In this document: piece by piece, positions 55,559 to 64,000 of the stretch
Numbering within the stretch: the stretch's first letter is position 1
How the letters are laid out: the number at the start of each line of letters is the position of its first letter
Assembly (NCBI GenBank): GCA_964541605.1
Contig: CAZIQY010000005.1
Location: forward strand, 1,220 to 65,219
Length of the DNA stretch: 64,000 bases
Reading direction: 5' to 3'
Source: an uncultured Syntrophaceae bacterium
GTDB taxonomy: Bacteria > Desulfobacterota > Syntrophia > Syntrophales > UBA2185
Program-made: the position numbers and the translations under genes
Notes under the pieces: model-generated
The model's database searches: none
What the model saw: the letters and a program-made list of their open reading frames with translations, nothing else
What the model was told of the DNA's origin: nothing

Positions 55559-56725
55559 CTAATATTTTCCTTTTAGCCAGTTTTCGATGATCGTTTTGCA
55601 GTCATCGCCGGCATCGTCATAGAGGCCGATAATCTTTCGTTCATAAATGGCTCTCTGTACCGAATCCGATGCATGCGCGGCGTTCTGCAGGATATTCTGC
55701 CCGAAAGCGGAACGGATGGTGCCTTCCGCGGCCTTAGTCGGGTCGGCTACGCCCAGGCGATCACGGATTTTCCCGACTGCGCTGAATCCGCGATAAAGAA
55801 TTGCCAGCGCGCGGTGCATGCCGGGCTTATGACGATCCCCCGGCGATACCCTGTTCGGGTCGACACCGGTCATATATTTCACAATCAACGAGAACTCATG
55901 AGTCACGTACTTTCCGATAATGACGTCGGCCATGGTGTTGTATTCCGCATCGCTGATTTCAAATTCAAAGAGACTCTCAATGCCTTCTTTGATTTTATCC
56001 GCTACACGGAACTTTTTTCTTTTGAACGTATCCCGAAGAAACCCATAGAACTCCTCACCCTGGGCCGCGCTCATCCGAATCATACGTGCCCCGACGATCC
56101 GTAGCCCTGTTTTGGCAAACATGTCGATCATGTTACCCGGCCGGACGGAATGCTTGAAAAAATTGTCCGGTTTTAATATGACGAGGGTTGTTTCCCCCGC
56201 GGCGTACTCCTCGTAGACGCCGGAATCGTTAAATCCAAGATTTGCGAACAACTCCAGGTTGTCTCTGGCATAGTCGGGATTCGTCGGTACGAGCACGGCC
56301 GGTTCGAAATACCGGACCGTTCCATCAGGAGTGGTGACATAGTCGGAATACGTCCCGCGAATGGTTCCAAGCATGGCTTCCGATTCTGTTTCCGTTGTGA
56401 GCTTTCCTACGACGTCGTAGATCCTCTCTACGGCATTAAAACCTTCAAACAGTAAAAACAGACAACGGTTCGGCTGGCCGAGGATGTTTTTCTGCCGCAG
56501 ATTCTGATCGATGTAATCGACGAGCGCTTTTTCCACTTTGAGATCGATACACAGACTTTTTACACGCCGGATGTATTCGTCCACAAACTCATCCGATGGG
56601 AGCATCATTCGGACGCCTATCAGATCACATCCGGAGAACGACATGAGCCTGGCGACGATATTGCCCGTACGTGCTTTGATGAGACTGTAGGGGGTGATGA
56701 GCACGTATGTGAGTTCTGTTGTCAT
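55559..56725 (-). CDS. Tandem nucleoside-diphosphate-kinase-like domain protein
   Basis: Domain 2 has TTLVILKPDNF...GTIRSAFGQNILQNAAHASDS, the NDK N-x-x-H-x-SD active-site motif. Domain 1 (TYVLITPYSLIK...GTIRGTYSDY) lacks the His. Confidence 0.75.
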   Translation of the reverse strand: MTTELTYVLITPYSLIKARTGNIVARLMSFSGCDLIGVRMMLPSDEFVDEYIRRVKSLCIDLKVEKALVDYIDQNLRQKNILGQPNRCLFLLFEGFNAVERIYDVVGKLTTETESEAMLGTIRGTYSDYVTTPDGTVRYFEPAVLVPTNPDYARDNLELFANLGFNDSGVYEEYAAGETTLVILKPDNFFKHSVRPGNMIDMFAKTGLRIVGARMIRMSAAQGEEFYGFLRDTFKRKKFRVADKIKEGIESLFEFEISDAEYNTMADVIIGKYVTHEFSLIVKYMTGVDPNRVSPGDRHKPGMHRALAILYRGFSAVGKIRDRLGVADPTKAAEGTIRSAFGQNILQNAAHASDSVQRAIYERKIIGLYDDAGDDCKTIIENWLKGKY

Positions 56726-56855
56726 ATGATCAGTCTTCGTCTAGCTTGGAAATATGTCTCTGAATGGAAGTCTGATAAAACTATACCACGTTCCTCTCTA
56801 TTTCTCAAGATGACACAATGATATTTAGATGGCTGTCGCATTTTTTTACCACACC

Positions 56856-57539
56856 TCAGATGTATTCGGCCGGATCAATGATACCGGCCTCCCGAAAGCC
56901 TTTTTTTCTCAAAAGACAGCTGTCGCACTGTCCGCAGGCTTTTCCGGTTGATCGGGGATCGTAGCAACTGTGCGTAAAACGATAATCAACGCCCAGTTCC
57001 GTGCCTTTCCGGATAATATCCGCCTTGGTCATCCTGATGAGGGGGGTTTGGACGGTAATTTTCAATGTGCCTTCTACGGTTTTTTTCAATGCAAGATTTG
57101 CCATCTTTTCGAATGCCTGAATATACTCGGGCCGGCAATCGGGATATCCCGAATAATCCATGACATTCACACCGATGAATATGTCTGAAGCTTCCAGTAC
57201 TTCAGCCCATGCCAGTGCGCAGGAAAGGAAAATGGTGTTCCTGGCAGGCACGTAAGTTACGGGAATTCCGGCCTTTATCTTCTCTTCGTTTCTTGATTTG
57301 GGAACGGGGATTTCGTCCGTGAGCGCAGATCCCCCGATTACGCCCAGATCGATATCCATGACGATGTGTTCCTTTGCGCCGAGAGCTGCCGCTACCTGGC
57401 GCGCGGCCTTAATCTCCACGGCATGCCTTTGTCCGTAGCGGAAACTCAGGCTGTATATCTCATAGCCTTCATCCCTCGCGATGGCCATTGTGGTGGTGGA
57501 ATCGATTCCACCACTTGACAGAACGACAGCTTTTTTCAT
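56856..57539 (-). CDS. queC: 7-cyano-7-deazaguanine synthase QueC
   Basis: It has [15 protein letters not shown] (PP-loop), YGQRH and the C-terminal zinc site CYDP...[14 protein letters not shown]. The start at 57539 is preferred over 57638. Confidence 0.9.
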   Translation of the reverse strand: MKKAVVLSSGGIDSTTTMAIARDEGYEIYSLSFRYGQRHAVEIKAARQVAAALGAKEHIVMDIDLGVIGGSALTDEIPVPKSRNEEKIKAGIPVTYVPARNTIFLSCALAWAEVLEASDIFIGVNVMDYSGYPDCRPEYIQAFEKMANLALKKTVEGTLKITVQTPLIRMTKADIIRKGTELGVDYRFTHSCYDPRSTGKACGQCDSCLLRKKGFREAGIIDPAEYI

Positions 57540-57779
57540 GGGCAAACCTTTTGAACTCCTCATCACATTAATAATCTTCGATTGAATACTATGATACCAC
57601 GGTTTCAATTGAAGTTCTTCGATTTTTCGCATAAACATGTCCCCCGGGATGCGCCTTGAAGAACTAAAGTCAAAATCAGGAAGATGGCAGATTAATATAC
57701 CTATTCATGACGCAAAAAGAGATTGACAGAATGTTTGGTTGTGTTATGAAACAAAAAAACGTAATACGGTGAACTGACG

Positions 57780-58196
57780 ATGTCCGAACTGGTTCGTTTC
57801 GGGGTTTCCCTGGAAAAACCCCTCCTGGAGAGTTTCGATGCCCTGATCCGGGAAAGGCAGTACACAAACCGCTCGGAAGCCCTGCGGGATCTGATCCGTC
57901 GGGAACTGGTCCAGAGAGAATGGCGGGAGGGCCGCGATGTGGCCGGCGCCATCACGCTGATCTACGATCACCACAAGCGGGATGTCCTTGCAAAAGTGAC
58001 CGACACCCAGCATAAATTCCAGGAAGTGATCATCTCTACCCAGCACATCCACCTCGATCACCACAACTGCCTGGAGATCGTGGCCGCCCGGGGGAAGGCC
58101 GAAGCGGTGCAGAAGCTGGCCGATGCCCTGACCTCCATCAAGGGGATTCGTCATGTAACCCTGAGCATGTCCAGCACGGGGCGGGAGATCGGGTAG
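57780..58196 (+). CDS. nikR: Nickel-responsive transcriptional regulator NikR
   Basis: It has an N-terminal ribbon-helix-helix (VRFGVSLEKPLLESFDALIRERQYTNRSEALRDLIR) and a C-terminal ACT-like Ni domain with the H..H..C pattern (HHKRD, STQHIHLDHHNCLE). Confidence 0.9.
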   Translation: MSELVRFGVSLEKPLLESFDALIRERQYTNRSEALRDLIRRELVQREWREGRDVAGAITLIYDHHKRDVLAKVTDTQHKFQEVIISTQHIHLDHHNCLEIVAARGKAEAVQKLADALTSIKGIRHVTLSMSSTGREIG

Positions 58197-58219
58197 CCGT
58201 ATTATTTTTTTATCCGCGC

Positions 58220-58246
58220 GTGTTACGAATATTGAAAACATAACAT
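58220..58246 (+). promoter_or_regulatory. Candidate NikR operator
   Basis: GTGTTAC-N13-ATAACAT is an imperfect inverted repeat about 70 nt upstream of the transporter ATG. It resembles the GTGTTAC-N13/14-GTAACAC NikR box that I recall from comparative genomics of delta-proteobacteria and archaea. Confidence 0.5.
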
Positions 58247-58315
58247 TGATGAACTCGTAAAAAGTCAGAAAAGCCCTACTTTGTTATTCTGATATTCCAT
58301 GAAGGAGGAAACGCC

Positions 58316-59362
58316 ATGCACATGGCAGATGCTTTGCTTTCTCCGGCCGTAGGGACGGCGTTGTGGGCCGGAACGGCAGCGGTCAGCGGGTATGCTTCGG
58401 TGAAGCTGAAGGAACGGATCGATGACAGAGAGATTCCCCTTATGGGAGTTCTCGGCGCCTTCATTTTTGCGGCACAGATGATCAATTTCACAATCCCCGG
58501 GACGGGTTCGAGCGGACACCTGGGGGGAGGGATGATTCTGGCCATCATCCTCGGCCCACATGCGGCCTTTCTCGTCATGGCATCGGTCCTGATGGTCCAG
58601 GCGCTCTTCTTCGCCGACGGCGGACTGCTTGCCCTCGGCTGCAATATCTGGAACATGGGGGTCTACCCCTGCTACCTCGTCTATCCCCTCATCTACAAGC
58701 CATTGACGGGAAATAGCAAAAATCCCGGCCGCATCCTTGTCGCGTCCGTGGTGAGCGTTGTCGTCGCCCTGCAACTCGGCGCTTTCTCCGTCGTCATGGA
58801 AACGCTTCTGTCCGGAAAGAGCGAACTGCCCTTCGGCGCCTTCGTCCTTCTGATGCAGCCGATTCACCTGGCCATCGGCGTCATCGAAGGGGTGGTGACC
58901 GCCGGCATCATCAACCATGTCCGCAGCGCCAGACCCGAACTCCTCGACAGCATTGCCGCCTCCCGCCCCCTTGACACAGCGATTTCACTGAGGAAGGTCA
59001 TGGTGACGTTCGCGGTGTTGGCGGTCATCACCGGCGGAGCGCTCTCCTGGTTCGCTTCCACCTATCCTGACGGTCTGGAGTGGTCCATCGAAAAGGTTTA
59101 CGGCAAGGGCGAACTGCCGGAAGATGAACACGGGATTGCCGCAAAGTTGAAGGGTATCCAGGAAAAGACGGCGTTCTTCCCTGATTACAACTTGAAATCT
59201 GCTGGAAAGGAACCGAAAAAAGCGGAAGCGGCGCCTGCCTGGCCCGGTGCCGATGCCGGAACGTCCGCCGCCGGCATCATCGGCGCGGCGATCGTACTTG
59301 GCTTGATCCTTCTCATCGGCATGGGGATCAGAACGTTCCGGGGGAGAAATGCGCAAACATGA
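58316..59362 (+). CDS. ECF-type Ni/Co transporter substrate component CbiM/NikM with a C-terminal PDGLE (NikN/L-like) extension
   Basis: It begins MHMADALLSPAVG, the typical CbiM/NikM N-terminus with metal-ligand His2. There are multiple TM helices, and the C-terminal part contains PDGLEWSIEKV. Confidence 0.85.
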   Translation: MHMADALLSPAVGTALWAGTAAVSGYASVKLKERIDDREIPLMGVLGAFIFAAQMINFTIPGTGSSGHLGGGMILAIILGPHAAFLVMASVLMVQALFFADGGLLALGCNIWNMGVYPCYLVYPLIYKPLTGNSKNPGRILVASVVSVVVALQLGAFSVVMETLLSGKSELPFGAFVLLMQPIHLAIGVIEGVVTAGIINHVRSARPELLDSIAASRPLDTAISLRKVMVTFAVLAVITGGALSWFASTYPDGLEWSIEKVYGKGELPEDEHGIAAKLKGIQEKTAFFPDYNLKSAGKEPKKAEAAPAWPGADAGTSAAGIIGAAIVLGLILLIGMGIRTFRGRNAQT

Positions 59363-60168
59363 CCTTTGACTCTTTGTATTATGACATCGGCCGGCTTGAC
59401 CGGCTTTCCTACCGGGACACATTCGTACACCGTCTGGACCCGCGCATCAAAGTGATCGCGGCGATCCTGTTTTTGTTCACCGTCATCTCCTTTCCCAAGT
59501 ATGAGGTTGTCGCGCTGGCGCCTTTTTTCCTGTTTCCGGTGCTGCTGATAACCATCGGCGAAATCCCCGCCCTGTTCATTCTCAGGAAAGTGCTGCTCGT
59601 TTCACCCTTTGCCGTTCTCATCGGCATCTTCAACCCGCTGCTCGATGCCGGGACCGTCGCCGTCATCTCCGGAGTCCCTGTATCGGCCGGGTTTCTCTCT
59701 TTCCTTTCAATTCTCCTGAAGTTTATCCTTACGGTCAGCGCGGCGCTCCTGCTCATCGCGACAACATCTTTTCCCGGTGTCTGTCATGCGCTCAGACGAT
59801 TGGGCTTCCCGGCGATCTTTGTAGCGCAACTCCTCTTTCTGTATCGTTATCTCTTTGTGCTTATGGAAGAGGCGATGCGGGTCATCCGCGCAAGGGACAT
59901 GCGGTCATTCGGTACGCGCGGCACGGAAATGAAGGTGTTTGCGCGTCTTATCGGGACACTCCTGTTCCGAACGGTGGATCGTGCGGAAAGGATTTATCAC
60001 GCCATGCTTTCCCGCGGATTTATGGGAGACATCCCGATCCTCAGGAAGTATCATATTACGACAATCGATCTGGCGTACCTGGCGATGACGATCGTTTTTC
60101 TCGTGATCTTCCGTTTTTTCCGGGTCACCGAAGGGATTGGCCGCATTGCACAGGAGCTGTTTCGATGA
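59359..60168 (+). CDS. ECF transporter transmembrane (T) component CbiQ/NikQ
   Basis: It has RLDPRIKVIAAILF and the ARxxR-type coupling motif region (RVIRARDMRSFG). It overlaps both neighbours. Confidence 0.85.
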   Translation: MTFDSLYYDIGRLDRLSYRDTFVHRLDPRIKVIAAILFLFTVISFPKYEVVALAPFFLFPVLLITIGEIPALFILRKVLLVSPFAVLIGIFNPLLDAGTVAVISGVPVSAGFLSFLSILLKFILTVSAALLLIATTSFPGVCHALRRLGFPAIFVAQLLFLYRYLFVLMEEAMRVIRARDMRSFGTRGTEMKVFARLIGTLLFRTVDRAERIYHAMLSRGFMGDIPILRKYHITTIDLAYLAMTIVFLVIFRFFRVTEGIGRIAQELFR

Positions 60169-60920
60169 GCCATCATATCATTGAGTTCAGGAACGTCTCC
60201 TTCCGCTATCCCGATGGGACGGAAGCGCTCAGGAATATCGATTTCAGGATCACCCATGGGGAATCGGTCGGCGTCATCGGCGCCAACGGGGCGGGAAAAT
60301 CCACGCTTATCCAGCATATGAACGGCTGCCTGATGCCGACGTCGGGATCGGTGACGATCGGCGACCTCCTGCTCACGCGCAAGACAAGGCGCGAAATCCG
60401 GAGGAAGGTCGGTGTCGTTTTTCAGAATCCGGACGATCAGCTTTTCATGCCGACGGTCTTTGACGATGTTGCATTCGGTCCGCTCAACCTCGGCATGGAT
60501 GAAACACGCGTGCGGGAGCGGGTCCATGAGGCCCTGAGCACGGTGCACGGCCTCGATCTGTGCGACAAACCGCCGCACCACCTTTCCGCCGGACAGAAGA
60601 GGGCTGTCTCCATCGCCTCGGTCATGGCGATGGAACCCGACATTCTGGCGATGGACGAGCCCGCCGCGAACCTTGACCCAAGGTCGAGGCGGTTGCTGAT
60701 CGCGCTGCTCAAAACCTTCAGTCATTCCAAGATCATCGCCTCGCACGACCTCGACATGATTCTCGATGTCTGTGAACGCTGCATCGTGCTCAGAGACGGC
60801 AGAGTTGTCGCGGACGGTCGGTCGGCAGAGATCCTCACAGACGAGCGGCTGCTGGAAGAAAACAGCCTGGAGCTGCCGTTGACGCTCCAGACACGCCGAT
60901 GGAGAGAGGATACGGAATAA
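60165..60920 (+). CDS. ECF transporter ATPase CbiO/NikO
   Basis: It has Walker A (GANGAGKST), the signature LSAGQKRAV and Walker B (ILAMDEPAANLD). Confidence 0.9.
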   Translation: MSHHIIEFRNVSFRYPDGTEALRNIDFRITHGESVGVIGANGAGKSTLIQHMNGCLMPTSGSVTIGDLLLTRKTRREIRRKVGVVFQNPDDQLFMPTVFDDVAFGPLNLGMDETRVRERVHEALSTVHGLDLCDKPPHHLSAGQKRAVSIASVMAMEPDILAMDEPAANLDPRSRRLLIALLKTFSHSKIIASHDLDMILDVCERCIVLRDGRVVADGRSAEILTDERLLEENSLELPLTLQTRRWREDTE

Positions 60921-61129
60921 TTCGTACATTCATCAGTGAAATCATTAATGATTCAACGACAGATGTAGTCATCCCGATTGTAAGTGCCTGTATCTTCTGG
61001 CCTTAAGGATATGAGGCAAAGGTGTGATCAATATACAGGCATGCTTGGTGAAGCTTGGTTACAGTGCAGTTGTGCGAGATAACTGTTTCCAAAATCGAAA
61101 GAATAAGATAAAACCATAAATGAGGATAA

Positions 61130-61408
61130 TTGATGAATATTTATATGCTTGAACCTATCGATAAGAATCACAAGATTTGGCAGTCAAGTAAAATGAAAAA
61201 TACTATCATCGTCCGCGCTGAAAACCCAGATAAAGCAAGGAGAATAGTTCAATTGGAATATTGGTTTGGTGAAGACATACCAGTACCAACAGACGAATTT
61301 CTCGGATGCCCCTGGCTACAAGAAGAATACGTTTCATGTACGATTATCGAAAACTCTAAGTATGATGAAAAGGGAGATACTGGTATTTTAGATGAATTGT
61401 CATGCTGA
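61130..61408 (+). CDS. Hypothetical small protein in an AT-rich islet
   Basis: It is a 92-aa ORF and I recognise no family. The local composition is strongly AT-rich compared with the flanking genes. Confidence 0.4.
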   Translation: MMNIYMLEPIDKNHKIWQSSKMKNTIIVRAENPDKARRIVQLEYWFGEDIPVPTDEFLGCPWLQEEYVSCTIIENSKYDEKGDTGILDELSC

Positions 61409-61684
61409 CTTAAATTTCCCTTGCCCGGTGATCATTCTTTGAAATGGCATAGATAGAACGTCTTTTTTTATCTGCTCCGGCAACCATGAAGCTCAGCTCA
61501 TACCTGCATGATAAAATTGATTGTAGGCCATTCCTGACGGTCTCAGCATGGCGATGCGGTAAGGGGGCTATCCTCTTGGAACGTCCACTTTCCCTTGACA
61601 CGGGAGCGCCATCCCTTTATAGTTACCAGCAAACAGGAACCAATTCCAGCCCTTAAACAAACCGTCCAATTCAAGGTGCCCGCC

Positions 61685-64000
61685 ATGAAGGGAAAGTCAT
61701 CAATAATTATCCTTTACTTCATCCTGCTTGTTTCATGTTTACCTGGCGCAGTGCCAGCCGCTGAACCGCCCAAGGAGCCCATTCTGCGCATTGAAACGGG
61801 GATGCACACGGCGATGATCGGGCGGATCAGCGTGGATCGGGAGAACCGCCTCCTCGCCACTGCCTCGGACGACAAGACTGTCCGGCTCTGGGACGCCGGG
61901 ACGGGGGCGCTGATTAGGATCATCCGGCCACCCATCGGGGAGGGGAACGAGGGAACGCTCTACGCCGTGGCCCTCTCGCCGGACGGGCAGACCGTCGCCG
62001 CCGGGGGGTGGACTCAATATGAAGGCGGAACATCTCAAGCGATTGACTATGCCATCTACCTCTTCGACGCAGGGACAGGCCGTCTCCTCCGGCGGCTGAT
62101 GGGCCTTCCCAATGTGATCGACCACCTCGTCTTCTCCCGAGACGGCCTGTATCTCGCTGCCTGCCTGGGGGGCAAGAACGGTATCCGGATCTATCTTACC
62201 AGCGACTTCACCCTCGCCGGGGAGGACAAAGACTATGGCGGCCAAAGCTACGGTGCGGACTTTGACGCCACTGGGGGACTCGTGACGACATCTCTGGATG
62301 GGTATCTACGACGCTACGATGCTCGTTTCCGGCTCATCGCCAAAGAGAAGGCTCCAGGGGGAACTTTGCCCTTTGCCGTCCGCTTTTCCCCCGACGGGCG
62401 GGAGATCGCCGTGGGGTTTAAGGATACCACGGCGGTGAATGTCTTGTCCGGGAAGGACCTCGCCTTTCACTGCGCCCCAGATACGCAGGGGGTGGTGGAC
62501 ATCGGCGATTTGAGCAGCGTCGCCTGGTCCGCCGATGGCCATCGCCTCTACGCTGGGGGACGCAATCCAGGACAGTTCGACAGTATATGGAAACACTTCA
62601 TCCGTTCCTGGTTCGAGAGGGGCAGGGGGAGCTACATTGACATCCCGGCAGCGGACAACACGATCATGGACCTCCAGTCCCGGCAGGGCGGCGGCGTCTT
62701 CTTTGGGGCCAGCGATCCCGCCTTCGGAGCATTTGACGGTAAGGGGAACTCCCTCTACACACGGAACCCCGTCATCGGCGATTACCGGAATAATCGGGAA
62801 GGTTTCCAGGTTTCCCCCGACGGTGCCGTGGTCCGTTTCGCCTATGAATATGGCGGCAATTCTCCATCTGTTTTTTCCCTTACGGAACGTCGTCTAACCA
62901 TTGGCGCAACTGTTCCCGACGGCGTCGCACTTGCCACCCCCCGGACGGCGGCCTCCGGTCTGACGGTGACGGACTGGGAAAATAATTATCATCCCAAGCT
63001 CAACGGTGCCCCCCTGAAACTCAATCCATATGAAATCTCCCGTTCCCTCGCAGTCGCCCCGGACGGCGAGACCTTCCTCCTTGGGACGGAATGGTTGCTC
63101 CGCCTCTTCAACTCCCGGGGTAAGGAACTCTGGCAGGCCCCCGGTTCCGGCAACGCCTGCGCGGTGAACATAGCCGCTGACAATCGCTTTGCCCTCGCTG
63201 CCTTTGACGATGGGACGATCCGCTGGTACAACATGAAGGACGGTAAGGAGGTTTTAGCTTTCTTTCCCCACAAGGACCAGAAACGCTGGGTGGTCTGGAT
63301 TCCAGAGGGCTTCTTTGACAACTCCGGGGGCGGGGCCAGACTTGTCGGTTATCACCTAAACCAGGGCAAAGACAAAGAGGCTACATTCATTCCGATGGAG
63401 AATCTTTATGATGTCTTTTACCGGCCCGATATCGTGGCCACCAAGTTCAAAGGTGAAGACATCTCTCCCCTGATCACCCTTACCGCTAAGGAGGCCCTGA
63501 AGAATCCACCCCCGCTCGCCGAATTCACTACAAAGATGACTGGGACGGACAAAACCCACATCAAAGTCTGTTACCGGATTTCCTCAAAGGGTGGCGGGAT
63601 CGGGGAAGTGCGACTCTTTCATAACGCCAAGTTGATCAAATCCGATGGTCATTATCGGGAATACGCCCGGTCAAAGGAGACGCCCATGCAACTGGCCGCC
63701 CTCAACAGCCGTGCGATTCAGGCGGATCAGAAGAGAAGCATTCAGGTGCGTTATAAGGAGCAAAGTATCATCGCCAGCGCCGCCAAAGGGGAAGCCTATG
63801 AAGATTGCGCTGATGTCGAGGTCATTGCCGGGGAGAATGAACTCAGCGTGGCCGCCTTCAACAAAGACAATACGGTGCAGGGATTTTTGGAGACCATGAC
63901 CTTCAACGCCAACGTCGCCCCCGTTGAACCACGGGTCTATGTCCTCATTGCCGGGATTGACCGTTATCAGGACAAATCGGCGAAACTCAACTATGCCGTC
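61685..64000 (+). CDS. Secreted WD40/beta-propeller repeat protein with a C-terminal caspase-like (peptidase C14) domain (partial; runs off the right edge)
   Basis: The frame is open from the ATG at 61685 to the window end (772 codons, no stop, so it is absent from the track). It has the signal peptide MKGKSSIIILYFILLVSCLPGAVPAA and WD-like repeats (LATASDDKTVRLWDAGTG, ALSPDGQTVAAGG, LAAFDDGTIRWYNMKDG). The last residues, RVYVLIAGIDRYQDKSAKLNYAV, match the start of bacterial caspase/orthocaspase domains. Confidence 0.75.
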   Translation, partial: MKGKSSIIILYFILLVSCLPGAVPAAEPPKEPILRIETGMHTAMIGRISVDRENRLLATASDDKTVRLWDAGTGALIRIIRPPIGEGNEGTLYAVALSPDGQTVAAGGWTQYEGGTSQAIDYAIYLFDAGTGRLLRRLMGLPNVIDHLVFSRDGLYLAACLGGKNGIRIYLTSDFTLAGEDKDYGGQSYGADFDATGGLVTTSLDGYLRRYDARFRLIAKEKAPGGTLPFAVRFSPDGREIAVGFKDTTAVNVLSGKDLAFHCAPDTQGVVDIGDLSSVAWSADGHRLYAGGRNPGQFDSIWKHFIRSWFERGRGSYIDIPAADNTIMDLQSRQGGGVFFGASDPAFGAFDGKGNSLYTRNPVIGDYRNNREGFQVSPDGAVVRFAYEYGGNSPSVFSLTERRLTIGATVPDGVALATPRTAASGLTVTDWENNYHPKLNGAPLKLNPYEISRSLAVAPDGETFLLGTEWLLRLFNSRGKELWQAPGSGNACAVNIAADNRFALAAFDDGTIRWYNMKDGKEVLAFFPHKDQKRWVVWIPEGFFDNSGGGARLVGYHLNQGKDKEATFIPMENLYDVFYRPDIVATKFKGEDISPLITLTAKEALKNPPPLAEFTTKMTGTDKTHIKVCYRISSKGGGIGEVRLFHNAKLIKSDGHYREYARSKETPMQLAALNSRAIQADQKRSIQVRYKEQSIIASAAKGEAYEDCADVEVIAGENELSVAAFNKDNTVQGFLETMTFNANVAPVEPRVYVLIAGIDRYQDKSAKLNYAV

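Noticed and set aside
57540-57700. Looked for a preQ1 riboswitch upstream of queC
   Set aside because: I could not find the conserved preQ1-I/II core (a short hairpin followed by an A-rich tail with CUA/CCC elements) on the minus strand. The region looks like a plain promoter/leader shared with divergent nikR.
58197-58315. Checked for a cobalamin or NiCo riboswitch upstream of the cbiM-like gene
   Set aside because: The leader is only about 120 nt, AT-rich and without the conserved B12-box. Regulation by the adjacent NikR and its operator-like repeat is the simpler explanation.

Overview
This is a 64-kb chromosomal window on which I call about 60 protein genes. The gene content (OFOR, Hdr/Mvh, Sec-HdrA, Suf, ECF-Ni transport) points to an anaerobic, syntroph- or sulfate-reducer-like bacterium; that assignment is inference.

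Layout:
- 1-10.4 kb: signalling and housekeeping genes. These are a GAF sensor, a REC-HD-GYP regulator, a rhomboid, TraB, SufC/SufBD and a Tat-exported DUF362 protein. There is also a two-repeat type I-E-like CRISPR remnant at 3.12-3.21 kb.
- 10.5-22.4 kb: a defence-type accessory island, the most interesting part of the window. It holds VapBC, a 1165-aa gamma-class N6-adenine methyltransferase, a compositionally foreign cargo, and a 1111-aa PLD-nuclease/SNF2-helicase fusion. The cargo is a short SIR2-like protein, DUF3800 with a translationally coupled unknown ORF, HEPN-MNT and Phd-RelE. A diverged copy of the helicase 5' end sits in front of the Phd-RelE module. The island appears to be wedged between a DUF362 gene and a NapH-like polyferredoxin gene.
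- 24-31 kb: redox and miscellaneous genes (FTR-rubredoxin fusion, glutaredoxin-like protein, metallophosphoesterase, TPR lipoprotein, aldolase, ADH, flavodoxin, small zinc-ribbon protein, Lys-rich secreted proteins).
- 31-49 kb: two paralogous four-subunit 2-oxoacid:ferredoxin oxidoreductase operons. They flank an IclR locus that carries a tctB'/'ldh2 deletion scar and an aldehyde dehydrogenase. The second OFOR operon runs straight into a giant HdrA/GltD-like fusion (HdrL-type), MvhD, an HdrCB-like protein and a selenocysteine-containing HdrA-MvhD.
- 49-64 kb: a lipoprotein, class I adenylate cyclase, radical SAM protein, M20 amidohydrolase, Cache protein, tandem-NDK protein, QueC, NikR with an ECF nickel/cobalt transporter, an AT-rich islet, and a secreted WD40-caspase protein that runs off the window.

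I recognised no rRNA or tRNA genes.
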